Source: Malacoraja senta
Lineage: Eukaryota
Direction of reading: 5' to 3'
Assembly (NCBI GenBank): GCA_038087875.1
Contig: CM075998.1
Span: 4,900,062 to 4,964,000, forward strand
Length of the DNA stretch: 63,939 nt
Shown: piece after piece, positions 26,318-43,601 of the stretch
Layout: each line of letters opens with the position of its first letter
How positions within the stretch are numbered: position 1 is the first letter of the stretch
Notes under the pieces: model-generated
What the model saw: only the letters and a program-made list of their open reading frames with translations
What the model was told of the DNA's origin: nothing
Databases searched by the model: none
Translations under genes and position numbers: made by a program

Positions 26318-26975
26318 GGGTGATCTTATTGGGGTGTATAAAATCATGAGAGGAATAGATCGGGTAGATGCACAGAGTCTCTTGCCCAGAGTAGGGGAAT
26401 CGAGGACCAGAGGACATAGGTTTAAGGTGAAGGGGAAAAGATTTAATAGGAATCTGAAGGGTCACTTTTTCACACAGAGGGTGGTGGGTGTATGGAACGA
26501 GCTGGCAGAGGAGGTAGTTGAGGCTGGGACAATCCCAACGTTTAAGAAACAGTTGGACAGGTACATGGATAGGACAGGTTTGGAGGGATATGGATCAAAC
26601 GCGGGCAGTTGGGACTAGTGTAGATGGGACATGTTGGCCGGTGTGGGCAAGTTGGGCCAAAAGGCGTTTGGCCCATATCCCTCCAAACCTGTCCTATCCA
26701 TGTACCTGTCCAACTGTCTCTTAAATGTTGTTACAGTCCCAGCCTCAACTACCTCCTCTGGCAGCTCGTTCCATACACCCACCACCCTTTGTGTGAAAAA
26801 GTCAACCCTCAGATTCCTTTTGAATCTTTTCCCCCTCATCTGACATGTCCTCTGGTCCTCGATTCCCTACTCTGGGCAAGAGGAGTGTATCTACCCCGAT
26901 CTATTCCTCTCTTGATCTTGTGCGCCTCTATAAGATCCTTCTTCTGAACTAGCCTGCTCCACCTCTCCCTGTAGC
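26318..26975. mobile_element. Two CR1 3' fragments in inverted orientation
   Basis: + copy at 26318-26660 and - copy at 26664-26975 are mutually complementary. Confidence 0.85.
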
Positions 26976-27078
26976 CCAGACCCTGTGCGTCTACCCGACC
27001 TATTCCTCTCATGATCTTGTGGTCGTCCTGGTTACGGCGAGTGCTGGTGGACTGAGGCCCTTGTGTACTTCCCTGCAG

Positions 27079-27237
27079 CAACAAGAACAAGACCCGACGA
27101 ACCTGTACATCTCCAACCTGCCGCCCTCCATGGATGAGCAAGAGCTACAGAACATGCTCAAGCCCTTTGGCCAAGTCATCTCCACCCAGGATACTGCGCG
27201 ATGCCAATGGTACCAGCCGAGGCGTTGGCTTTGCCAG
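27079..27237 (+). CDS. rbms2: RBMS2-like exon, RRM2: [53 protein letters not shown], with an apparent +1 C at 27185-27187
   Basis: RNP2 LYISNL and RNP1 RGVGFAR; ctgcAG and GTgaga boundaries. Length is 159 bp where splice phase needs 158. Confidence 0.92.
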
Positions 27238-27285
27238 GTGAGAACCACTTTGGGTCAAACCCGTACCTAGTAAGGTCATAACGGA

Positions 27286-27533
27286 GGTAGACAAAATTGC
27301 TGGAGAAACTCAGCGTCAATGGAGCGAAGGAAATAGGCAACGTTTCGGGACGAAACCCTTCTTCAGACTGATGGAGGGTGGGGGGGGCGGGGAGAAGAAA
27401 GGAAAAAGGAGGAGGAGGAGCCCGAGGGCTGAGGGAGAGCTGAGAAGGGGAGGAGACAGCAAGGGCTACCGGAAATAGGAGAATGTTTATGCCGCTAGGG
27501 TGCAGACTGCCCAAGGTGCTGTTCTTAAACACA
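27286..27533 (-). mobile_element. PLE terminal-repeat insertion with a 14-bp TSD
   Basis: aaggtcataacgga at 27272-27285 and 27534-27547; minus-strand hammerhead-like motif near 27337-27369. Confidence 0.8.
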
Positions 27534-27794
27534 AAGGTCATAACGGATACCTGTTTAAATACCACGGGCTTGAGAAACAAGAGCCAACAAAGAACAAATT
27601 GACCCAGCTGCCATCTTGGCCACAAATGATCCCAGGCCAAGTGCTGGGAAATGGGACTAGAATAGAAGGGCACTCAGTGGGCCACTAGGTTTCAAAGGTC
27701 TTATATTCTCACGTGTACTGATTAAGGTACAGTGATATGTGAATGATCATACAGCCATACAAAAAAAAAGAAACAAGACATAATAACTACATTA

Positions 27795-29598
27795 AAAAAA
27801 AAACATTATTATTTTTTTTATTTTATTTATTAGAAGCACATTACGTTACAACCACATCCATTACTCGTCACATATATTTTAGTACAATTAATGCACTCCG
27901 TTTTTTTTTTTTACATTGATAAAGGGAGAGGATAAGATTAAGAGAAAGAGGAAAGTGAAGGAAACGGTGAAAGTGTAAAAAACAAAACAAAAAACGTGAC
28001 AACAAGAAAGAACAAAGACCCTATAAGAAAAAAGAGTTAGAAGTAGACCCTAGAAAAGAAGAAGAAAAAGAGAAAGGAAAAAGAGAAGAACAAATACCTT
28101 TTTTATCAGCCTCCCGCAAATGGGACATACCAAATCTCCAATTTTCATCCCCCCCCTACCCGACCTCAGTTTTTTTAAAGTACCCTTGCACCCTATATTT
28201 GTAATAATTCTATAAATGCAGACCACGTCAGGTGGAAGTGATCTGGTTTACCTGCCAGGAGGAGTCTTATCTCTTCTAGGTGTAATGTTTCAAACATATT
28301 TGAAATCCACATGTTTATAGTTGGTATTGGAGCATTTTTCCCAAATTTTAGGATTAACTTTTTTTCCAGTTATTAACCCATAGTCTATTAGTTTCTTTTG
28401 AAACACATTTAGTTCAGGACTATCTTCCGTTATACCGAAGATAATCCATTCTGCTTTGGGTATCAGTTTTATTTAAATAATTTTGTAAAGATTTCAAAAA
28501 TGTCAATCCAAAATGTTTGAATTTTTGTACAGAAGACGAATGAATGCGCTATAGTAGCTTCTTGGGATTGACATTTATCACAGTTTGATGATATATTTGG
28601 GAAAATTTTATGGATTTTAGTTTTAGAATAGTATATCTATGTAAAATTTTGAATTGTATTAAAGTATGTCTTACATTTATCGAACATTTATGCACTTTTA
28701 ATAAGTATTCATTCCACTTTTCCTTTGAGATTTTAATAGCTAAATCTTGTTCCCATTCTCTTCTAATACCTTCCGTAGATGGTATTTCTACATTTAAGAT
28801 AATATTATACAAATATGATATTGAATTTGCTGAATCAGCTTTTATCTGCATTGCATCATCCAAAACATCTACTGGGCTATTATAATGATCTTTTATATAT
28901 TTTTTCAAATAATCACATATTTGAAAATATTTAAAATATTGATTATTTCCAAGTTTATATTTTATTTGTAATTGCTGAAATGATAGTAATTTTCCAGTTT
29001 CATACAGGTCACCGAACGTTTTAATTCCTAGTCTATCCCATTGTATGAAGGCTTTATCTGTAGTAGAGGGATTAAACGAAGGGTTATTAACTATGGGAGA
29101 TAAAAGTGAAAAATTTCTTAATTTTAAATTTTGTTTTATTTGTTTCCAAATTCTGATTGTACTATGTATGATTGGGTTCTTATTATAGTTTATGTTATTC
29201 AGTTTCGTTGGTGAGAGGAGGATCGCTCCAATGTTTCTAGAGGAGCAATCCTCTTTCTCCATTACAATCCAATCCACTTGCTGAGCAGAATTATCCATCA
29301 GTTGAATCATATTTTTAATATTTACTGACCAATAATAATACATGAAATTAGGGAGTGCTTAAGCCCCCTAGTACTTTGGGTTTGTTCAGGTGTGTTCTTT
29401 GTATTCTGTGTGATTTATAGTCCCATATAAAATTAGTAATGTCTGAGTCCAGTTTTTTAAAAAACTTCTTTGGTAAGTATATAGGAATCGATTGAAATAG
29501 GTATAAAATTTGTGGAAGAAAGATCATTTTTATTGCATTTATTCAGCCTATTAAAGACATCGGGAGCGTTTTCCAAAATTTAATTAATGTATTTAATA
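27795..29598 (-). mobile_element. 5'-truncated L1-clade LINE (ORF2 C-terminal region, 3'UTR and A-rich tail)
   Basis: Very AT-rich. Minus-strand peptides LPQILYLFQSIPIYLPKKFF, YYYWS, IQFKILHR and a C-x2-C..H..C knuckle. aactacat flanks both ends (27785-27792, 29600-29607). Confidence 0.85.
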
Positions 29599-30073
29599 CA
29601 ACTACATAAAAGGTAACATAAACATCCACCACAGTGGATTCCCCATGTTCCTCACGTCGGGGCGATTGAAAATCCCGCGGCCTGGAGTTCCTGAAGTCGG
29701 TCTCTGACCAGAGACTGCAGGTGCCGCGATGCTAAGTCCCGCAGGCTCCCGTGGTTGGAGCTCCCGAAGTCGGTCTCCAGCAAGAAGCCGCCAACTCCTC
29801 GATGTTAGGCCGCAGTGCGGACGGAGATACAACACGGAAAAAAGATCACATCTCCGTCGAGGTACGAGATTAGAAAAAGTTTCCCCCAATCCCCCCCTCC
29901 ACCACCCCCACATAAAACAAGCTAAAGAACACTCAAAAACATACATTTAACACATACTATTAAAACACAAAGAAGGAATGGACTGTGTGTGTATTTGTGA
30001 GTAGGTGCATATATACACACATTGAACTTTTTTTCTCGTTTATCATATTGTTTACAGTGAACTATGTTTCCAT

Positions 30074-30314
30074 GTTTAAGAAGGAACTGCAGATGCTGGA
30101 AAATCGAAGGTAGACAAAAATGCTGGAGAAACTCAGCGGGTGCAGCAGCATCTATGGAGCGAAGGAAATAGGCAACGTTTCGGGACGAAACCCTTCCGGG
30201 TTTCGGCCCGAAACGTTGCCTATTTCCTTCTGGGTTTCCTCCCGAAACGTCGCCTATTTCCTTCGCTCCATAGATGCCGCTGCACCCGCTGAGTTTCTCC
30301 AGCACTTTTGTCTA
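30074..30314. mobile_element. PLE-derived fold-back mini-element
   Basis: Inverted arms and two 34-bp units; act(a/g)tgtttccat duplicated at 30061-30073 and 30748-30760, also enclosing the adjacent MITE. Confidence 0.8.
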
Positions 30315-30315
30315 A

Positions 30316-30745
30316 AGGGCCTGTCCCACGGGCATGCGACTCCATGCGGCAAGCGCGACCTTACCGCAAGCGGGGGGCCGCGCGGAGGTCGCGGGGCCGG
30401 TCCCACTTCGATCGCCGCAGCCGTCTGGAGTTGTGCGGAGCTGGTCCCGACACCGCGCGGGGCTCCGAAAAACTGACACTGTTCAAAAATTCCGTGCGGC
30501 AGCGGCCCGCCGCCCCGCAGCCGCCTCGACGGCCATACGCACTGCCTCGACGGGCGTGCACAGCGTCTCGACGCCGTACGAAGCGTCTTGACGTCACTCG
30601 ACCTCCGCGCGGCCCCCGCTTCCGATTTGGTAGCGCATGCTGGTGGGACCAGCCCTGTGCGGGGATCACTCGACCTCCGCGCGGCCCCCGCTTGCGGTTA
30701 GGTCGCGCTTGCCGCATGGAGTCGCATGCCCGTGGGACAGGCCCT
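30316..30745. mobile_element. GC-rich MITE with ~75-bp near-perfect TIRs (PIF/Harbinger-like, tentative)
   Basis: agggcctgtcccacgggcatgcgactccatgcggcaagcgcgacc at the left end and its reverse complement at the right; flanked by taa and tta. Confidence 0.85.
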
Positions 30746-30888
30746 TTACTGTGTTTCCATATTGTGTTGTGCTGCAGCAAGTAAGATTGTCACTGTTCTA
30801 TCTGGGACACATGACAATAAAACACTCTGGACTTATTGTAGCTGGATGTTGTTGTCGTGCCTGCTAATTCAATCCTTTTTTTTTGTAG

Positions 30889-30968
30889 GATGGAATCAAC
30901 GGAGAAATGTGAAGCGATCATTGCTCATTTCAACGGGAAATTCATTAAGATGCAGCCAGGAGTTCCAG
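30889..30968 (+). CDS. rbms2: RBMS2-like exon (80 bp): [26 protein letters not shown]
   Basis: Poly-T tract plus tAG acceptor, ctaat branch-like motif upstream, GTgagt donor; RBMS-type peptide. Confidence 0.94.
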
Positions 30969-31313
30969 GTGAGTCCCATGAAAAGACAAAAGGGTTACTG
31001 GAACAATTTCCAGTAACCCTTGCTTTCCCCCTCGCTCTCTGTCCCTCTCCCATCCCGGTCGTCCTGCTAGTACCACTGTTTATATCTCTGCGTTATCACC
31101 TTCCCACAGCCAACAATGGACCATTGTGGGCTCCACCTTTCCTTGGCCACCGGTGCCGGCTCTGATGTGTCCGGAACCTTTTCTTACCTCTAGTTTCCCT
31201 CGCCCCCTGACCCTCAGACTGACAAAGGGTCCCGATCCGAAACGTCACCCATTCCTTTCTCTCCAGAGATGCTGCCTGTCCCGCTGAGTTACTCCAGCAC
31301 TTTGTGCCAATCG

Positions 31314-31630
31314 GCTGGAGTAACTCAGCGGGTCAGGCAGCATCTGTGGAGAACATGGATAGGTGACGTTTCACAGAGTGCTGGAGTAACTCAGCGGGTC
31401 AGGCAGCATCTGTGGAGAACATGGATAGGTGACGTTTCACAGAGTGCTGGAGTAACTCAGCGGGTCAGGCAGCATCTGTGGAGAACATGGATAGGTGACG
31501 TTTCACAGAGTGCTGGAGTAACTCAGCAGGTCAGGCAGCATCTGTGGAGAACATGGATAGGTGACGTTTCACAGAGTGCTGGAGTAACTCAGCGGGTCAG
31601 GCAGCATCTGTGGGGAACATAGATAGGTGA
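31314..31630 (-). repeat. 66-bp tandem array (~5 units), PLE terminal-repeat derived
   Basis: Near-identical direct repeats, visible in the ORF track as repeated QSAGVTQRVRQHLWRTWIGDVS. Confidence 0.92.
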
Positions 31631-32126
31631 GGACCCATGGATAGGTCAGGACCCTTGTACAGACTGAGTGTGGGGGTGCAGTGGGGTGGGGTGGGGTGAG
31701 GCTGATGGGAGGGAGAGAGATGGGGCAGATCAGAGCGTGGCAGGTAAGAGGTGGATACAGGCGGGGGCTGTACATGGGCAGAAGGTAGGACAGAGGCCAG
31801 AGATGAAAAGACAGAAGGATTGACGAGTTACGAATTGTGAAGCTGGAGGAAGGAATGTGGGTGGAAAGGGCGGGGGAGAGGAAAAATGGGTGCGAGTCCA
31901 GGTGGGGCACAGGGAAGAGAGGGAGAGAAAACAAGAGGGGGGGGGGGTGGGTGAGACCGAGGTGGGAAGGGGTGGTGTAGAGAGGTGACCTAAAACTGGA
32001 GAATTCAATGTTCTAGAGTGACTGGATGTGGAGGGGTGGGCGAGGGGTTTAGGCAGGGGTCATGTAGCCGGGGGGGGGGGGGATTCACTCCTCGCCACGC
32101 TGCCATGTCTACCGTTGTTCTTGCAG

Positions 32127-32236
32127 CACCCTCGGAACCCCTGCTGTGCAAGTTTGCGGACGGTGGACAGAAAAAGCGACAGAATCAGAACAAGTACCTG
32201 CAGAACGGCCGGGCCTGGCCTAGAGACGGGGAGCTG
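32127..32236 (+). CDS. rbms2: RBMS2-like exon (110 bp): [37 protein letters not shown]
   Basis: ttgcAG and GTaaga boundaries; conserved [16 protein letters not shown] motif. Confidence 0.94.
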
Positions 32237-32308
32237 GTAAGATGCAGCGTGGGGCAGGGTGGGCATGGCAACAGCACAATGTAGCCCAGCCCCCTAGCAA
32301 CTATGTAC

Positions 32309-38582
<6,274 letters not shown>

Positions 38583-38914
38583 ACCCCCCCCCCTACCTAC
38601 CTCACCGGTTAATTTAGTTTCGAGTCGGCGCCGACCGACACTATCCTACACACACTAGGGACAATTTACAATTACACCAAGCCAATTAACCTACAAACCT
38701 GTACGGCTTTGGAGTGTGGGAGGAAACCAGAGCACCTGGAGAAAACCCACGCAGGTCACGGGGAGAAAGTGCAAACTCCGTACAGACAGCACCCGTAGTC
38801 AGGATGGAACCCGGGTCTCTGGCTGGTCCCCCTTCATTCTCAATGGCGCCCCGCCGGGTCCCAAACATCTACTGGTGAAGCCACATTGGTGTTCAGTTTT
38901 GATCAGCCTACTAT

Positions 38915-39345
38915 AAGAAAGGTGCCATTAAACTGGAAAGGGTGCAAGTCTATTTGTGAGGATGTTGCCAGGACTAGAGGGCCTGAGCTACAGAGAGAGG
39001 TTGAGTAGGCTGGGACTCTATTCCTTGGAGCGCAGGAGGATGAGGGTGATCTTATAGAGGTGTATAAAATCATGAGAGGAATAGATCGGGTAGATGCACA
39101 GAGTCTCTTGCCCAGAGTAGGGGAATCGAGGACCAGAGGACATAGGTTTAAGGTGAAGGGGAAAAGATTTAATAGGAATCTGAGGGGTAACTTTTTCACA
39201 CAGAGGGTGGTGGGTGTATGGAACGAGCTGCCAGAGGAGGTAGTTGAGGCTGGGACTATCCCATCGTTTAAAAAACAGTTAGACTGGTACATGGATGGGA
39301 AGGGGTTTGAGAGATATGGGCCAAACGCAGGCAGGTGGCACTAGT
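38915..39345 (+). mobile_element. CR1 3' fragment
   Basis: YKIMRGIDRV..TRGHRFKV..FFTQRVVGVWNELP. Confidence 0.88.
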
Positions 39346-39749
39346 GATCTTATTATTGGGCAGAATGGGGCCGAGAAGCTGAATGGCCTCCTTCAGCTCC
39401 TGTACCATACGTTCAACATCCACTGTCGTCAGAGGTAGAGAAATCCAAGGGTTTTCGACCACTGAGACCAGGAATTCCTCTCGTTTCCTGAAACTGTGAA
39501 CCCTGGTTCTTGGCTTTGAGGCCTACGAAACAATCTCTCCATATGAGCCCTGGCACTTAAGAGGCTTTTGGTCAGGCACGTGGATATGCAGGGAATGGAG
39601 GGATATGGATCACGTGCAGGCAGTGGAGACCAGTTTAACCTGGCATCATGTTTGGCACGGACATTGTGGGCCGAAGGGCCTGGTCCTGTTCTGTACTCTT
39701 CCCATGTGCAGATGCTGGTTTACACCGAAGATAGACACAAAAAAGATGC

Positions 39750-39947
39750 AGTAACTCAGCGGGTCAGGCAGCATCTGTGGAGAACATGGATAGGTGACGT
39801 TTCACAGAGTGCTGGAGTAACTCAGCGGGTCAGGCAGCATCTGTGGAGAACATGGATAGGTGACGTTTCACAGAGTGCTGGAGTAACTCAGCGGGTCAGG
39901 CAGCATCTCTGGAGAACATGGATAGGTGAAGTTTCGGGTCGAGACCC
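39750..39947 (-). repeat. 66-bp tandem array (~3 units)
   Basis: Same unit as at 31314. Confidence 0.9.
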
Positions 39948-40817
39948 ATCGTCAGAAGAAGAGGTCTGAAGAAGGGTCTCGACCCGAAAAGTCACCCATT
40001 CCTTCTCTCCAGAGATGCTGCCTGTCCTGCTGAGTTACTCCAGCATTTTGTGTCTATTTTATGGCCCATTGTTGGTGGGAGGAAGGTGTGAAAACAAGAG
40101 GGATTCAAGGTTGCAAACTGTGGAACTGGTAAGATGACTAGGGTGGGGAAGGGGGGGGGGGGCAGAGGGGGGAGGGGAAAGGGGGGGATGATAGGGAAAG
40201 CAGGAATTACTTGAAATGAGAGAAATCAACATTCATACCGCTGGAGGACAGACACAAAATGCCGGAGTAACTCAGCGGGACAGGCAGCGTCTCTGGAGAG
40301 AAGGAATGGGTGACGTTTCAGGTCGAGACCCTTCTTCAGACTGGGAGCCAGGGGAGAGGGAGACACGGAGATAAGGAAGGGTAAGGTGTGAAAACGAGAC
40401 ATCAATAGAGATGAGGTTCAGGGCACATGTAGAATAGATCATTGTTAGCGAGGAGAAGGTGACAATAGACAATAGACAACAGGTGCAGGAGTAGGCCATT
40501 CGGCCCTTCGAGCCAGCACCGCCATTCAATGTGATCATGGCTGATCATCCCCAATCAGTACCCCGTTCCTCCCTTCTCCCCATATCCCCTGACTCCGCTA
40601 TTTTTAAGAGCCCTATCTAGCTCTCTCTTGAAAGCATCCAGAGAACCGGCCTCCACCGCCCTCTGAGGCAGAGAAAATGTACAGGAAAGAACTGCAGGTG
40701 CAGGTTCAAACCAAAGATAGACACAAAAAGCTGGAGTAACTCAGCGGAACAGGCAGCATCTCTGGAGAGAAGGAATGGATGACGTTTCGGGTCGAGACCC
40801 TTCTTCAGTTAAAATGT

Positions 40818-40945
40818 TTAAGAAAGAACTGCAGATGCTGGAAAAATTGAAGGACCCCAGAAGGGTCTCGACCCGAAACATCACCTATTCCTTCGCTCCA
40901 TAGATGCTGCCTCACCCGCTGAGTTTCTCCAGCATTTTTATCTAC
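40818..40945. mobile_element. PLE-derived fold-back mini-element
   Basis: 15-bp TSD cttcagttaaaatgt at 40803-40817 and 40946-40960. Confidence 0.8.
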
Positions 40946-41167
40946 CTTCAGTTAAAATGTAATCAGGGACAGTCAGACTGGTGGGAGAAGTGGGAAGGGG
41001 GAGGGGATGGAGAGAGAGGGAAAGCAAGGGCTACTTGAAGTTAGAGAAGTCAATGTTCAGACCGCTGGGGTGTAAGCTGTACTGTTCTATATTCAATGTC
41101 GTTATTGTGCGTCAGACATGGTGTAAATGATCCCTTGATAATGAATGCTATTCATTTGTCCTCCCAG

Positions 41168-41214
41168 GGTACAATGACTCTGACTTACGACCCAACGACA
41201 GCTTTGCAAAACGA
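41168..41214 (+). CDS. rbms2: RBMS2-like small exon (47 bp): GTMTLTYDPTTALQN(E)
   Basis: cccAG acceptor and GTaagt donor; LTYDPTTA motif; phase fits both neighbours. Too short for the ORF track. Confidence 0.88.
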
Positions 41215-41611
41215 GTAAGTACATTTGCCTCTTCTCTGATAAGTTTCTCCCAATCAACCTCCAAATGGCTTCTCTGTCCTTGGACACAAAATGGCCGCCT
41301 ATTCCACAGCGACAGAGGCTGGATAAGTCTCTGCACTCCTATCTCTTGACCCGTTCACCCCTGAGGAGATCTTTCTCCCCCTGTGGATTAAATATTGCAT
41401 TCTCTGAGTGGTTTACACTAGTGGGAGAGACCAGAGGAGAGGGCGCAGCCTCAGAATAAAAGGACGCACCTTTAGAATGGAGACGAGGAGGAATTTTGCC
41501 TAAGAAAGAACTGCAGATGCTGGTTTAAATCGAAGGTAGACACAAAATGCTGGAGTAACTCAGCGGGTGAGGCAGTATCTCTGGAGAGAAGGAATGGGCG
41601 ACGTTTCGGGT

Positions 41612-42048
41612 CATAGAAACATAGAAACATAGAAAATAGGTGCAGGAGTAGGCCATTCGGCCCTTCGAGCCTACACTGCCATTCAATATGATCATGGCTG
41701 ATCATCCAACTCAGTATCCCGTGCCTGCCTTCTCTCCATACCCCCTGATCCCTTTAGCCACAAGGGCCACATCTAACTCCCTCTTAAATATAGCCAATGA
41801 ACTGGCCTCAACTACCTTCTGTGGCAGAGAGTTCCACAGATTCACCACTCTCTGTGTGAAAAATGTTTTTCTCATCTCGGTCCTAAAAGACTTCCCCCTT
41901 ATCCTTAAACTGTGACCCCTTGTTCTGGACTCCCCCAACATCGGGAACAATCTTCCTGCATCTAGCCTGTCCAACCCCTTAAGAATTTTGTAAGTTTCTA
42001 TAAGATCCCCCCTCAATCTTCTAAATTCTGGCGAGTACAAGCCGAGTC
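41612..42048 (-). mobile_element. CR1 3' fragment
   Basis: RRLRGDLIETYKIL..; (ctatgttt)n tail. Confidence 0.88.
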
Positions 42049-43601
42049 AAGACCCTTCTTCAGACTGAAGGAGGAATTTCTAGGGTGGTGAATCTGTGGC
42101 ACAGACGGTGGTGGAGGCCAAGTCATTGGGTATTTTTTAAGGAGGAGACAGACAGATTTTTGATTAGTAGAGGCAGGTGAATGGGGTGAGAGGCAAAGTC
42201 ATAGAGTGATACAGTGTAGAAACAGGCCCTTTGGGCCGACTTTCCCACACCGGCCAACATGTCCCAGTTACACTAGTCCCACCTGCCTGCGTTTTGGTCC
42301 ATATCCCTCCAAATCTGTCCTATTCATGTATCTGTCGGTCTGTTTCTTAAACGTTGGGATAGTCCCGGCAAAGTCATTGGGTATTTTTAAAGCGGAGATT
42401 GCCAGGTTCTTGATTGGTACGGGTGTCACAGGTTACAAATCCTGAAGCAAGGCCTCAGGCCCTTGGTCACCATGGTGTCTCTAGCTTCCACGTACATGCA
42501 AATCCAGGACATGAATGACAGGAGCATTGGACCACAGAGACGGCAGCCTCACAGCGCCAGAGACCCGGGTTCCATCCCGACTACGGGTGCTGTCCGTACG
42601 GAGTTTGTACAGGGAGAAGGCGGGAGAATGGGATTGAGAGGGAAAGATAAATCAGCCATGATCGAATGGCGGAGGAGACTCGATGGGCCGAATGGCCTAA
42701 TTCTGCTCCTATGATGATCTATGTTCTGCCTTAGCTGGAGATTGGTTCTGAAAGGAACGTTCTGGCATGGGCCGAGGGAGAGGGTCCATTTTAGCGACCT
42801 TTGACCCCCAATTCCCAGGCTGCTTTGCTCGGGAGCAAGGAACTGTCCTTCGTTCAATTGAACCCGTTGGTGGGCTACAAATTCTGTGGGTGAGGAAGTT
42901 GGGAACTGCCGAAGGGATGTTTGGCAAGTGATTTTAGTGCGGGTGCCGGTGAGGGCCCAGTATACGGTGAGTCGTCGAATTAGGGACAGGCGGCATCTCT
43001 GGAGAGAAGGAATGGGTGACGTTTCGGTGGTCGAGACCCTTTTTCAGACTGAGAGCCAGGGGAGAGGGAGACACAGAGATAAGGAAAGGTACGGTGTGAA
43101 AACGAGCGATCAAAGGGGACATAGATCGTGGAAATGTTGAGTGGTACATTGTGAGCTGAGGGGAAAGGTCTTCTTGCGTTTGAGTCAGGAGAAGTCTGCA
43201 GCAGGCTGATGCCATCCGGTCCGACATCCGTAGGTGCCCGCCCTAACAAGGGGCGCATACTCCGGGTTGGCGCCAAGCTGCGGCTCTGCTGCGGTCTCTG
43301 TTTGTCGTCGTTCTACTGACTGAGGTCAGTTGACAGGGTTCACCACGGGGGAGGTCGACAACATGATGGGAAGGTGACAACGAGGCAGACAAGCAGTAAT
43401 ATTGACTCAGGAGGGCAGCGAAGCCCCTCGGAGAACTGGGAGGATGGGGAGGGATGGAGAGGGAGGGAAAGCAAAGGGTTTTTCATGGAATTCCCAATCT
43501 TGGATCATCACGCAGGGGACAAATGTCCTAAAGATTCAAGAGATTCAGGAGATTCAAGAGAGTTTATTGTCATGTGTCCCAGATAGGACAATGACATTCT
43601 T

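Noticed and set aside
31269..31630. CRISPR-like regular repeats and a repetitive 117-aa ORF
   Set aside because: Units are contiguous with no unique spacers, there are no cas genes, and the context is eukaryotic; they derive from the PLE terminal repeat.
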